Shown here in pieces: positions 1-12,465 of a stretch of DNA of 64,000 nucleotides. Every line of letters begins with the position of its first letter. Positions within the stretch are counted from its first letter, which is position 1. The notes beneath the pieces were generated by a model. The model made no database searches. It saw nothing but the letters and a program-made list of their open reading frames with translations, and was not told the origin of the DNA. Source of the DNA: Macrostomum hystrix (Eukaryota; Animalia; Platyhelminthes); NCBI GenBank assembly GCA_950097015.1, contig CATNEN010000001.1, positions 5,952,001 to 6,016,000 on the forward strand, given 5' to 3'. Made by a program: the position numbers and the translations under genes.

Positions 1-1542
1 CATCCACCAGTGCAGCAGCATCCACCAGTGCAGCAGCATCAACCAGTGCAGCAGCATCCACCACTGCAGCAGCATCAACAACAAAGGCAGATGCAATCAC
101 TGCAGCAGCAACAACACAAACAGCAGCAGATGCAATTACAGCAGCAGCATCCACAGCAGCAGCAGCCAGTGCAGCAGCAGCAACCAGTGCAGCAGCATCA
201 ACCACTGCAGCAGCAGCAACCACTTCAGCAGTATAAATCAGTGCAGCAGCATCAATCAGTGCAGCAGCATCAATCAGTGCAGCAGCATCAATCAGTGCAG
301 CAGCATCAACCAGTGCAGCAGCATCAACCAGTGCAGCAGCATCAACCAGTGCAGCAGCATCAACCAGTGCAGCAGCATCAACCAGTGCAGCAGCATCAAC
401 CAGTGCAGCAGCATCAACCAGTGCAGCAGCATCAACCAGTGCAGCAGCATCCACCAGTGCAGCAGCATCAACCAGTGCAGCAGCATCAACCAGTGCAGCA
501 GCATCAACCAGTGCAGCAGCATCCACCACTGCAGCAGCATCAACAACAAAAGCAGATGCAATCACTGCAGCAGCAACAACAAAAACAGCAGCAGATGCAA
601 TCACAGCAGCAGCAACAACATCAACAGAAGCAGCAGCAACAACAAAAATTAAAAGGCCAGACGAACAGCGACGATGACTTTATTTTGCTAAACGATATAT
701 GTTTACTGACACCAGATGAAACCTCGCCGACGTGCAGCAATAATACTCAGTCGCTGTTTTATCATCAACAAAAGATTAGCGACTACAGCTATCAAGGCGG
801 CATTAGGAAACGTAAAAGCAAACAATTACGCGTCAGATTTTCTGACAATGCCGATAAATCTGAAAATGTGTCCGCCGACCAATGGTTAACTCTAACGCCT
901 ATTGTCGGGTCGCAGTCATCTACACTGACAACAGTGACTGCGTTCTCAACAGAAGAAGAGAGACGATCCGATTTGTCTATAGATATGTTTAATCGCACCA
1001 ATGGCAGCTTGGAACACATCGCTTTATTTGATAAAAACAAGTGCCAACAGAAGCCTCCGCAACAACAGAAGCAGCAGCAGCAGCATTGCCAGCACCAGCA
1101 TCAGCAACAGAAGTTGCTACTTGGAATTGAACAGCAATCCACAAGCAGTGATCATTGTTCGAACTGTACGAAAATTAGCTACAAAAGTTTAGATGATCGA
1201 AGCAGATTAGCTTTGCCCATCTGTGTTAAAAAAACGGCTTGGGATTCGAAGGAATTGCACTACGCCATCGATTCTGACACAGACGCCGAAGACGATGAGA
1301 AGCCAAGCGTTGAAGATTGTAAACAGGGTGACAAGCAGCCTAGCGAAAATAAAACTAAAGAATCGAGTGATCTCAGCTGCTGGAACGAAACATTTACTTT
1401 TAAACCAAAGCTCAAAGATGATTTAAAAATAACTGACACTTCACTGGCTTATGCATTGTGCATCAAATATCAACGGGACATTGTTAATCACGCGATTTTT
1501 AGTGTCATAGATCGATTGCTTCAACAAAAACTGCAGCAATGA
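1..1542 (+). CDS. Gln-rich low-complexity ORF, open past the window start; function unknown
   Basis: 510-aa ORF without ATG at its 5' end, 18-bp QQHQPV repeats over about 1-560, unique C-terminus, AATAAA at about 1668-1681. Antisense to DCAF1, downstream of its exon 3 donor. Confidence 0.5.
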   Translation, partial: HPPVQQHPPVQQHQPVQQHPPLQQHQQQRQMQSLQQQQHKQQQMQLQQQHPQQQQPVQQQQPVQQHQPLQQQQPLQQYKSVQQHQSVQQHQSVQQHQSVQQHQPVQQHQPVQQHQPVQQHQPVQQHQPVQQHQPVQQHQPVQQHQPVQQHPPVQQHQPVQQHQPVQQHQPVQQHPPLQQHQQQKQMQSLQQQQQKQQQMQSQQQQQHQQKQQQQQKLKGQTNSDDDFILLNDICLLTPDETSPTCSNNTQSLFYHQQKISDYSYQGGIRKRKSKQLRVRFSDNADKSENVSADQWLTLTPIVGSQSSTLTTVTAFSTEEERRSDLSIDMFNRTNGSLEHIALFDKNKCQQKPPQQQKQQQQHCQHQHQQQKLLLGIEQQSTSSDHCSNCTKISYKSLDDRSRLALPICVKKTAWDSKELHYAIDSDTDAEDDEKPSVEDCKQGDKQPSENKTKESSDLSCWNETFTFKPKLKDDLKITDTSLAYALCIKYQRDIVNHAIFSVIDRLLQQKLQQ

Positions 1543-1799
1543 CGGAATTGTGAATATTGCTTTTAAGAAGAGGCCGACATTTCGAAACTTTTTACGGAAA
1601 ATATCATTTCTTGTCGAACATTTTTTTATTGTGTTTCTAGCGTTTCTTCCTCTATAAAAGTACGGGAAATAAATAAATAAAAAAAGAACTAAGCAGAGAA
1701 GTGGACGTCAACTAAAATCGCAACAGACTTGTACTTAAAAAAATTAAGTTCTTTCTTGTTTGCTTAAAGTCTTATTTCATTTTAAGGAATTTTTTGAAA

Positions 1800-2475
1800 G
1801 GTGAATCCTCTATCGGCAGACCTGAAAGTGAAATCCCCTATCGACGGACCTGAAAGGGGAATCCCCTAACAATGGATCTAAAAGGGAAATCACGATATCG
1901 ACCGATCTGAAATGGAACCCCTATCTACGGATCTAAAGGGAATCCCCTATCTACGGATCTAAAGGAAATCCCCTATCTACGGATCTGAAAGGGAATCCCC
2001 TATCTACGGATCTAAAGGAAATCCCCTATCTACGGATCAGAAAGGGAATCCCCTATCTACGGATCTGAAAGGGAATCCCCTATCTACGGATCTGAAAAGG
2101 AATCCCCTATCTACGGATGAGAAAGGGAATCCCCTATCTACGGATCTGAAAGGGAATCCCAAATCTACGGATCTAAAGGGAATCCCCAATCGACGGATCT
2201 AAAGGAAATCCCTTATCTACGGATCTGAAAAGGAATCGCCTATCGATGGATCTGAAATGGAACCCCTATCGACGGATCAGAAAGGGAATCCCATATCTAC
2301 GGATCAGAAAGGGAATCCCAAATCTACGGATCAGAAAGGGAATCCCATATCTACGGATCAGAAAGGGAATCCCCTATCTACGGATCTGAAAGGGAATCAC
2401 CTATCTACGGATCTGCAAGGGGAATCCCCTATTGGATTCTAAAACCTGAGAGGGGAATCCCCTATCAAAGGATCT
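1800..2475. repeat. Minisatellite, about 26-27 bp unit (gggaatcccctatctacggatctgaaa)
   Basis: Tandem degenerate copies, bracketed by 39-bp direct repeats at 1761-1799 and 2480-2518. Confidence 0.95.
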
Positions 2476-2879
2476 TCTATGCTTAAAGTCTTATTTTATT
2501 TTAAGGAATTCTTTGAAAAATGAGTCAGTCAGAGCTCGGCACAGTGTATCGAAATGTCTAAACTGTGTAGTAATTTTCTGAACTTTAGAAAAATTAAAGC
2601 AATGACTCATTGGCTGAATAATACGGAAGCTAAATAAGCCTACAGCACCAGCTATCTTTTAACATTTTGTATAAGTTAAAGATTCCGCCTTTGCAGATTG
2701 AGGAACAGTGAGTGTGTACACTGGTATTGTGTCGCTATTGTATTTTATTGTGTTGTATCGCTGACACAAAAAGTGGTGTTGGGCTAAGACTCGAACTCCT
2801 GATCATCCAAACTCATTTATTCCAATAAAACCTTCCATTAAAAATGCAATCTTTGTTTAGAGAATCAAAACAAACTTAC

Positions 2880-4892
2880 CACATTGTACAACTTTCTCAG
2901 ACCGTCCTGCTTATCAAAGTAGTCCAATATCAGCCGGAAGCCAAAAGCGTGCGAGAAGAACATTGTAGCATAGCAACGGCCAGTATTGTGCGAGCATTCT
3001 AGCAGCCATAGGCCGTACTCCACTAAGTGTGCCACTACGTCTTCTGGCAGGCTGCACAGCTGAAACAAACAGATTTACCGGTTAGCGAATTTGAATGTCT
3101 ATATTATAATCGGTTACTTCATCCCGATGATCCCTTACATGAAGCGAAATGATCCCTAAACTGCATCTTAACACTCCCATTATGATTCAAAATTATCTTA
3201 AATTAAATCACAATGATCCCAAACTAACTCCCAATGATCCCAAACTGAATCCTAAAGATCCCAAAATGAATCCCAATGATCCCAAACTGAATCTCAATGA
3301 TCCCAAACTGAATCTCAATGATCCCAAACTGAATCCCAATGATCTCAATGATCCTAATGATCCTAAACTGAATCCCAAAGATCCCAAACTAAATTCCAAT
3401 GATCTTAAACTGAATTTTAATACCGCATAGACAGCATAACTAACACCTCTATAACAGATAACAGAGGCACACACAAGCGGCTTACCCGTTCCATACTGTC
3501 TTCAAAGTAAGCTAGATAGTAGAAGGCAACGGACACTGCGGTCGAAGACACGGAGGGTCGCCGAACCCTTAGCAGGCGTTCAACGCCGCCTTGTAGAAGA
3601 AATTCGACGGAGAATTTCTTATGGCACAGCATGGCGCACAGAAGGCGAAGTGCATTAAAAGTCAGTCGAATATCTTTAGTTAGACTGGGATCAATATAAT
3701 CGAATATCAATTGAACAGCGTGACATTCCAGCATTGGCGCTAGCACCTCCTGGTATTCGGCCATGGGCACCAGATAGGCTAGGTAGAGTCTCTGCTGCAC
3801 TTCAATAGTCAACGGATGCAGACTGTAGGTACCGATAGTACCAGCTAGTACATCCCTGGTGCTGCTATTGGAACAGTCCGATTCTAGAAGCAACAGTGAT
3901 GCCGCGCTGGAGGCTGTCATATTTTAGGGGCGGGAGTTTAAGAGAAACTATTCCAATGATCTGGTTATTGTTCGATTCGGTCATGCCATACTTATGAATA
4001 TTAATTCAGTTTGATCATAATTGTCTCAATATCTAGTCGTACTCATTCAATTCGGTCATAGATATTTTCATATCTAGTCATTCAGTTAGGTTAGGTCATA
4101 TCTCCTTCACCAGTCAAATGTAAGCCGTACATAGTTTTCGATCACTTAACTCATCATCTTACTTATCTAACTTAGTCTCAGTCATATTATCACATCGAGT
4201 AATTGAGTAGTCATCATTCTTTAACACCCAGAGAGCCAATACTACAAAGCAAAGACAATCAAAGTGCACAATGACTCACAACCTGGCAGCAGTCCTGTAG
4301 ACTGAAGCATCTCATCTTTGAGTTGAATGAGTCTGCGCAATACCACAGGAATTAATCTGGCATTGTGAGACCGATAACGGAAGACAATATCAGGCGAATC
4401 CAATGCAAAGCCTAGCAGATTGGCCGCATAGCAACTGGCTGGTAACGGAGCACTTTCAGCTAACATATAAAGATAGTCGATGACCTCTTCGTTCTCCGTG
4501 AAGGCGTGAAATGTGTCAATTGACTGCATAGCGGTGATAAGAAATCTCATAGCGGCAATAGTTAGCTCTTTGACAGAGGCACAGTTCGGCTTGTCCATTA
4601 GGATGTATCGAAAAGCATAGCGAACAAACATTTCGTCCCATCGGAATAAGACCTTGTAGATAGCTGCTAAAGTACTATTCGGACTGGCTTTAGCTGGGCT
4701 TCGCTCATCGAATGGGTCAGGATCCGAGTGATAATAGTTCTCAGTCTCAGTCTCCAGTAGCGAACAGACATCCAGCAGTGTTGACAAAGGATTATAACCC
4801 GGCTGGTCTCTATTCCGATGCCAAGCTTCAATAAGTGCAACTGTGCGAGCTACTGAACTGCCACTTGGTTGCTGTGGTGTTGGCTGCTGCAT
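2880..4892 (-). CDS. DCAF1: DDB1- and CUL4-associated factor 1 (VprBP), first three coding exons; gene continues left of the window
   Basis: Exons 4892-4280, 3913-3486, 3059-2880 with GT-AG sites and compatible phases. Motifs DPDPFDERSP, YLVPMAEYQE, LCHKKFSVEF, LWLLECSH, ATMFFS, FDKQDGLRKLYN match the DCAF1 N-terminal/ARM region. Confidence 0.92.
3212..3412. repeat. Intronic minisatellite, 21-bp unit (aatgatcccaaactgaatccc)
   Basis: Tandem copies in DCAF1 intron 2; explains ORFs 3149-3430 and 3208-3474. Confidence 0.9.
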
Positions 4893-5665
4893 TTACTTTT
4901 TCTTAAGCAAAATCTTAGTTTTAAAGTCGCAAAAATTATGTGCACACTTTTGCAGAGTGACCTGCTAGGCAAATAAAACCTGTTCCAAAATCAACTATAT
5001 CAGTAAGTGTTGCCTTTGATTGAATTCTGAAAAAAACAATGAAAGTCTAGTTTTCTTTCAATCAATTATGAAACTGCATTAAATTCAAGTGAAGTTAATT
5101 CAATCAATTAATCTATTCATCAACTATGGTAATTTTTCACTTTTAATCATTATGACCCTTTACAGCAACTCATAAACACTTGTTATAAGTAGAAAATACA
5201 CACTCAATTTCACTTTGTCGGGAAGCATACACTAGAGGATTAGTAAATATTAGTAGGCTTTGATTGTTGGGACTGTGATTTAGGACAGGCTAAAGAATTA
5301 TTTTTTAACATGGCTGAACAAAACTTTATGAATTCAAATTTATTGTAGAAGTTCGTGATACAGATTATTAGAGAGTAGAAAGAAAAACTTAGAGTAGTGC
5401 CTACAACCAAAACTAGGCCTATTAAGTGAACAGGCAATAAGTAAACTCAGACTATTAGTGATAAAGGGTTCACTCTGTTCAGTGTGCTATTATGTTGATT
5501 TATCTTGAAGTTCTAATTTTACTGTATCATTGCCTTTATTTGGTTGTTTTGCATTATGGTACACCAAATGCAGCCAATTGGCTAGATTTTGTTTGCTTGC
5601 TGGCCCTGCCTTGTACCATCTGACACTTTATTTGATTGAAACTGCTAATTGCAACTCTGGGGTTG

Positions 5666-5935
5666 CATCATACATGCGCAATACCCGGCCGACCCGGCCA
5701 AACTGGCCAGGTGAAACGAGGGCCAAGCAAGGTAAGTCGCAAAAACCAATTGACCTAGCGCAAAAAAATCAAAGGGGGGACCAAGGGACAAAAAAGGAAA
5801 AAGGGGAGAGAAAAAGAGAGCAAATGAGAGCAAACTAAGTCATAAATAGAGCAATGAAACGAACTAAGTCGCAAATGAGAGCAAAAACTAAGTCGCATGG
5901 CCAGCTAAGATTTGGGAGGTTGCGCATGTATGATG
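5666..5935. mobile_element. Putative MITE with 16-bp terminal inverted repeats
   Basis: catcatacatgcgcaa (5666-5681) and ttgcgcatgtatgatg (5920-5935); internal actaagtcgcaaa repeats; no clean TSD. Confidence 0.55.
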
Positions 5936-6797
5936 TATGGGTTGCATATTATACTATTTTTATGAAAATAATAATTAATTCAGGTGAATGAAAATATGCA
6001 TTAATAAACAAGCCAATAAACATAAGCTTGAAATAGCAGGAAAATAAAATTGTGTTTAAATACCTTTAATATTTTACAAACAAATGATAAATTACCTAAC
6101 TTCAACTTAAAATTAAATTGATTTAAATTATAATTGATTTACATTTTAACTGACTTAATAGTACATAAAAATGACATAGCACAACTGCTGCTGATTGTTA
6201 ATACTCTATTTCCCTTATTATATGGAAATATTCATATAGGCCTAGTATTGCCACATATCTCAAAATACTTGATGGTAAAGATCATATATTAATTGAACTT
6301 AACTAGGCCCTAGGCCTATGATTTCACCTTTTATTTTCTTAAGATTAGATATATTATAACCTAACAAATACAAAATCAATATTGTTGAAATGAACATAGC
6401 AAGACTAGCAAGAACAACATATATTATGGTGTAAAATAAGATAGGAACTACTATTACTACTACTAGGCCTAAAATGAAATTTCACTTTGCTTAAATTGCT
6501 AAACTAACTAGCATAGCAAGAAGATTGGATAGCTAATATAAAATGTTTTTATAAGGAGCATTCAAACAGATACGAATGTCGAGTATTTCAACTAGGCTGT
6601 AATGTATCTGCCTATCTATTTTAAATGTATGAGCACTTTTGTATTTTATTCGTGTTTGTTTTTGGCTATTAGATTTATTCAGACTATATGTATATTACTT
6701 ACATTTCACTATGCACTTATTATTTATTGCTGGAAAATACGTGTACATTTATTGATACCGTTTGTTTTAATGAAGAATACTTTAATATTTAATAAAT

Positions 6798-7698
6798 GGA
6801 TCCTAGCAGCCGTGTTGACGATTCTTAGGCAACATCGAACATGCGCGATGGTCGCCTAATAGGCAACTCCAAACATGTTCTTTGTTCCGAGAACATGTTC
6901 TTTAAAATTAATAAGGCTACTTAATGTATATTAAATACCGTTAGGTGAAGAAAAAATAATGAAGAAAAAACTATGCCTTCCTTGGCATGAGGTCAACAAA
7001 CAAGACAGAGTTAAACGGCCATACTATGTCTAGTAATATCCTAGTTCACCAGCACTTAACGTACATATTAGCCAGCAATATAGTTTTCTCTCAACTTTTT
7101 TTGCGATATGTATTTTTTTTTATTTTAATAATTTTTTACATTACGAAGCCTTATAAATTAAAAAGAACATGTTCTCGGAACAAAGAACATGTTCTGATTT
7201 GCCCATTAGGCAACCGTCGCGCATGTTCGATTACCGTTTCTTAGACCCTATCTCTGTCAACACGGGTGATCCTAGACACTTCGTCATCTTACAACTTCGT
7301 CATCCACTTGGAAGGTAGGACACTTCGTCATCCAGCCAATTGGCATGCTTTAAAGTTTGGTCAGTTCGTCATCTTCTAATAACAAGCAATCAAGTTCGTC
7401 ATCAATAAAGTGAGGGTGGGGACGTGGGGTGGTGGGGCAGAGGTGTGAACACACTTCACACTCTAAATTATCAAAAAGAGGTGTCAAAACTGATTTCATT
7501 ATAAGTGTTGAATGATAGGTGCCAACACGATGTGAGGAGGGGTGGGGAGGGGTGGTTCTGTTCTAACTTTGAACACTTTTGTTTTATAGATGACGAAGTG
7601 TCCACAAGTCTAAGTCTCTTCGTCATCTACCCTCTAAGATATTGGACAGATCGTCATCTGGATGACGAAGTTGTAAGATGACGAAGTGTCCAGGTACC
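6798..7698. mobile_element. Merlin-like MITE (GG termini, 8-bp TSD), interrupted in its left TIR
   Basis: About 40-bp TIR gg(a/t)(t/a)cct(a/g)gacacttcgtcatcttacaacttcgtcatcca; TSD taataaat at 6790-6797 and 7699-7706; internal ttcgtcatc repeats. Superfamily is inferred from termini and TSD length. Confidence 0.75.
6807..7268. mobile_element. hAT-like MITE
   Basis: Termini cagccgtgttgac / gtcaacacgggtg; about 130-bp imperfect inverted arms; (g)atcctag duplicated on both sides. Confidence 0.8.
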
Positions 7699-9103
7699 TA
7701 ATAAATCGATCAGTGAGACGTAATGGTTCGCGCGCTGATTCAGCACTCTAGACAATTAGATCGTTTCAAATCGCGGTCTGGCGAATCACTAGCATTACAT
7801 TGGCGACCACGCCAGGACCCGGATACCATGAGGGGACTCCGCTGAATCCTTCTGACTCCTTCAGCATGCAGCCAGCCAATCAGCGCGAGCCTACAGGTAT
7901 CTGGCTGACGCCATGAAGCCAGCCAACCGCGGCAGGGACGCCACGGGCAGCATAGGAATTGCACCGAAAGATTTAAAGGCAAAGTGCTATTACTGCTTAT
8001 TGTTGTTCTTCGTCCATCTTTCGTGATTATATTTATGATGCATTGTAATAATATCTAATTCTTTTAGATTCGTGTAAGCCCTTCGCAATTAAAACCTAGT
8101 GTGTCAAGTTGCAATGAGATTCGATTTTACTTTTATTTTTTGCTGTTTTTCAAATGTCTGTCAAATGTCTTCAAAAGTACTGAAACTGCGTCCTATACAT
8201 TTATAATTGTTTTTGGTTTTAATGTCCTGCATTTCACTTAGTATCTTATAATACTGTTATCTTTCGTAGGTATTTTATACTGTATTATATACGAATCACT
8301 TAGCATTACAAGGCCTATACATTGAAATTTGTGCTCCTTTTTGTTTTCAATGAATTAACAATATTAAGTAATTTGTTAATATAGCATAGGCCCCTATTTT
8401 TATGTCAATAAATTACTAGGCCTATTTTATATCTATTGATAGACATTACATGCAATCTATATATATAAAAGTGAAAACTCTGTCTGTGTGTGTGTGTGTC
8501 TGTCTGTGTGTGTGCAACCTTTTGTCTTTATAGACGCCGAAACCGCTCAACCAAATCGCACCAAACTTTGCACATACCTAAAACCACCTACGCTGAGTGC
8601 AATAGGCTACTCAAATTCCCGAAAAATCATTTCCTTCCTGCTCAAAAGTGCAAAAAACTGCTCAAAAATCGTCAAAAAATCACTCAATTCGACATATCGT
8701 CGCCCCACTTTGTCAGATTTTCTCCAAATTTGATCCACTTACACTTTACATGTTTTCCGACAATGCTGACAATTTTGAACATCTCTACTCAATCCAGAGC
8801 AAAGCTGCATCATCTCAAAGTGAGTCACTTTTTGTTTTCCGAGGACAGCCACCCCAACTCCCCTCCGCCACTCTGCGGGCCAAATTTTATTACAGCCACC
8901 CCCTCCCTTCCCCGGGCGCCGAAGCCCCAGACTGTACATTGTATTTCAAGCCGTGAATGTGCACAGCCCAAACCCCTAGACTGTCTACTGGCCCCCAAGC
9001 AGCACTGAGACTGAGTGCAGTGAGTGCGGTGGCGTCCCAGTGCGCAGGGCGATATTTCTCTCCAGCCAGCCTGGGATAGAAGAGAGAGGCTGGCGATCAA
9101 CTG

Positions 9104-10058
9104 ATGGGTGGTGTCACTCTGCTGCTGTCTGGAGACTTTAGACAGACGCTGCCTGTGATTCCGCGTGGCACTCCTGCTGATGAGATTAATGCTTGCCTAA
9201 AATCATCTCACCTGTGGCCATCGGTTGTGAAGTTGCACCTACGAACAAACATGAGAGCTACAATTCAAGGAGACGAAACAGCTCATGAGTTCTCTGCCAA
9301 TCTATTGCGAATCGGCAATGGTCTGCTGGAGATTAGCACCGAGGATGGGCAGTCATCGATCGCTACAATCGGAACCATTGTGCAGTCAGTGCAGGAGCTC
9401 AAGGCAAAAGTTTACCCGAACCTGATGGTTCGATATGCTGACGTTGACTGGCTGTCAGAGAGGGCAATTCTGTGTCCTAGAAATGATGCCGCCAACGAAA
9501 TTAACTACCAACTGCTTCAGGAGTTGCCAGGTGCAGTTTTCACCTACAAGTCAATTGATACAACGTTGACTGATGACACCGCTGTGGAGTATCCTGTTGA
9601 GTTTCTGAACTCTCTAGATCCTCCTGGAACTCCATCGCACAACTTGCAGCTGAAAGTTGGGGCACCAATTATGCTCCTCCGCAACCTGAATGCGCCAAGG
9701 CTGTGTAACGGCACCAGACTGATAGTCAGGCGGCTCTTCCCACACGTGATTGAGGCCACGATAATGACTGGATCTGGCAGAGGAGAGTCTGTTCGTTCCC
9801 CGGATTCCAATTATCCCCACGGACCTGCCATTTCAGTTCAAGCGACTGCAGTTCCCTGTGAGAGTGTGCTTTGCGATGACTATTAACAAGGCTCAGGGAC
9901 AGTCGCTGAAGGTGGCTGGCATCAACCTGGAGACTCCTTGCTTCTCGCATGGGCAGCTTTATGTCGCCTGCTCCCGTGTTGGAACTCCAGCTGGCCTATT
10001 CATTTTCGCACCAAGGGGAAGAACGAAGAATGTGGTGTATCCCCAGGCCTTGAGGTGA
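9104..10058 (+). pseudogene. Helitron PIF1-family helicase C-terminal fragment, frameshifted near 9790
   Basis: GDFRQTLPV, LRTNMR, ERAILCPRN, IMLLRNL, LCNGTRL, FAMTINKAQGQSL, FSHGQLYVACSRV. Confidence 0.93.
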
Positions 10059-10210
10059 CTCGCAAGCAATTAATAGAAAAGTAGTCACGAATTAACGTTG
10101 ACCTGTCTAACTCTGAACTCTGAAACAGTTTAATTTTGTTTCTTTGACATTGTTATTGTTATGCCATGGCTATTTTCCTTATGTATACGCGTGTACATGC
10201 ATACTGTATA

Positions 10211-10483
10211 CAGAGGCAGATTTAGGGGGGGGCGGGGGGGCAGTCGCCCCCCTAAATTTTAATAATGGGAATAAGATGCCCCCACCAGGGGCGCCAGTCG
10301 CAGCACTGGCGCCCCTTTTCGGCCGCTGGCGCCCCTTTTTCAGCCGCTGGCTCCCGTTTTTCAGCCGCTGGCGCCCTTTCTTGGCTCCTGGCGCCCTTTT
10401 TCGGCCGCTGGCACCCCCTCTGTGATTCTCATGGCGCTCCCCTGACAGACCGCCCCAAAACAAAATTCCTGGATCTGCCACTG
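10211..10483. mobile_element. hAT-like MITE inside Helitron copy 1
   Basis: Termini cagaggcagat / atctgccactg, 8-bp TSD actgtata, internal ggcgccc repeats. Confidence 0.85.
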
Positions 10484-11179
10484 ACTGTATAGAGGAGTGG
10501 CTAAGAAACATGTTTCTAAAGAAGTAATCAAGAGGGGGCTGTTTGGACAAACTTTTCACTTATTTTTTACTTAAAACGCCCTTAAACAAACTCTTCACTT
10601 TTCATTAATGCAGTAAATAAATAAATGGTGACCTTCACTATAAAGTTAATACCGAGACGTGAATTGCTTACTGCTTTGCTTTAAATTTCTGCCCCAAAAA
10701 AAACGGGCAAAAAAAGCTAGTCTATATATATAAAAGTGAAAACTCTCTGTCTGTCTGTGTGTGTGCAACCTTTTGTCTTTATAGACGCCGAAACCGCTCA
10801 ACCAAATCGCACCAAACTTTGCACATACCTAAAACCACCTACGCTGAGTGCAATAGGCTACTCAAATTCCCGAAAAATCATTTTTTTCCTGCTCAAAAGT
10901 GCAAAAAACTGCTCAAAAATCGTCAAAAAATCACTCAATTCGACATATCGTCGCCCCACTTTGTCAGATTTTCTCCAAAGTTGATCCACTTACACTTTAC
11001 ATGTTTTCCAACAATGCTGTCAATTTTGAACATCTCTACTCAATCCAGAGCAAAGCTGCATCATCTCAAAGTGAGTCACTTTTTGTTTTCCGAGGACAGC
11101 CACCCAACTCCCCTCCGCCACTCTGCGGGCCAAATTTTATTACAGCCACCCCCTCCCTTCCCCGGGCGCCGAAGCCCGG

Positions 11180-11802
11180 GCTGTCAGAGAGGGCAATTTT
11201 GTGTCCTAGAAATGATGCCGCCAACGAAATTAACTACCAACTGCTTCACGAGTTGCCAGGTGCAGTTTTCACCTACAAGTCAATTGATACAACGTTGACT
11301 GATGACACCGCTGTGGAGTATCCCGTTGAGTTTCTGAACTCTCTAGATCCTCCTGGAACTCCATCGCACAACTTGCAGCTGAAAGTTGGGGCACCAATTA
11401 TGCTCCTCCGCAACCTGAATGCGCCAAGGCTGTGTAACGGCACCAGACTGACAGACTGACAGACTAGTCAGGCGGCTCTTCCCGCACGTGATTGAGGCCA
11501 CGATAATGACTGGATCTGGCAGAGGAGAGTCTGTGTTCGTTCCCCGGATTCCAATTATCCCCACGGACCTGCCATTTCAGTTCAAGCTACTGCAGTTCCC
11601 TGTGAGAGTGTGCTTTGCGATGACTATTAACAAGGCTCAGGGACAGTCGCTGAAGGTGGCTGGCATCAACCTGGAGACTCCTTGCTTCTCGCATGGGCAG
11701 CTTTATGTCGCCTGCTTCCGTGTTGGAACTCCAGCTGGCCTATTCATTTTCGCACCAAGGGGAAGAACGAAGAATGTGGTGTATCCCCAGGCCTTGAGGT
11801 GA
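11180..11802 (+). pseudogene. Helitron PIF1 helicase fragment, frameshifted by a short duplication near 11450
   Basis: Near-identical to 9450-10058. Confidence 0.9.
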
Positions 11803-11954
11803 CTCGCAAGCAATTAATAGAAAAGTAGTCACGAATTAACGTTGACCTGTCTAACTCTGAACTCTGAAACAGTTTAATTTTGTTTCTTTGACATTGTTAT
11901 TGTTATGTCATGGCTATTTTCCTAATGTATACGCGTGTACATGCATACAGTATA

Positions 11955-12228
11955 CAGAGGCAGATTTAGGGGGGGGGCGGGGGGGCAGTCGCCCCCCTAA
12001 ATTTTAATAATGGGAATAAGATGCCCCCACCAGGGGCGCCAGTCGCAGCACTGGCGCCCCTTTTCGGCCGCTGGCGCCCCTTTTTCAGCCGCTGGCTCCC
12101 GTTTTTCAGCCGCTGGCGCCCTTTCTTGGCTCCTGGCGCCCTTTTTCGGCCGCTGGCACCCCCTCTGTGATTCTCATGGCGCTCCCCTGACAGACCGCCC
12201 CAAAACAAAATTCCTGGATCTGCCACTG
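11955..12228. mobile_element. hAT-like MITE inside Helitron copy 2
   Basis: Same element and position as 10211-10483; left TSD has one substitution (acagtata). Confidence 0.85.
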
Positions 12229-12465
12229 ACTGTATAGAGGAGTGGCTAAGAAACATGTTTCTAAAGAAGTAATCAAGAGGGGGCTGTTTGGACAAACTTT
12301 TCACTTATTTTTTACTTAAAACGCCCTTAAACAAACTCTTCACTTTTCATTAATGCAGTAAATAAATAAATGGTGACCTTCACTATAAAGTTAATACAGA
12401 GACGTGAATTGCTTACTGCTTTGCTTTAAATTTCTGCCCCAAAAACAACGGGCAAAAAAAGCTAG

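Larger units (their letters stand above)
6598..8310 (+). mobile_element. Internally deleted LTR retrotransposon remnant (Gypsy-like)
   Basis: Starts TGTAATG, ends CATTACA, 4-bp TSD aggc (6594-6597, 8311-8314). 5' LTR ends gaatcactagcattaca at 7799, followed by PBS TGGCGACCACGCCAGGAC (7801-7818, tRNA-Arg-like 3' end). The same LTR end recurs at 8293-8310. Confidence 0.7.
8456..10720 (+). mobile_element. Non-autonomous Helitron, copy 1
   Basis: 5' A|TCTATATATATAAAAG, 3' gccc..gggc hairpin then CTAG; carries the C-terminal half of a PIF1 helicase. Confidence 0.93.
10721..12465 (+). mobile_element. Non-autonomous Helitron, copy 2, head-to-tail with copy 1
   Basis: Begins TCTATATATA immediately after the CTAG of copy 1, ends hairpin + CTAG|T; about 520 bp shorter by an internal deletion at about 11178. 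Confidence 0.93.

Noticed and set aside
8488-9008. ORFs in the Helitron 5' region as captured genes
   Set aside because: No recognisable domain, and frames differ between the two copies.
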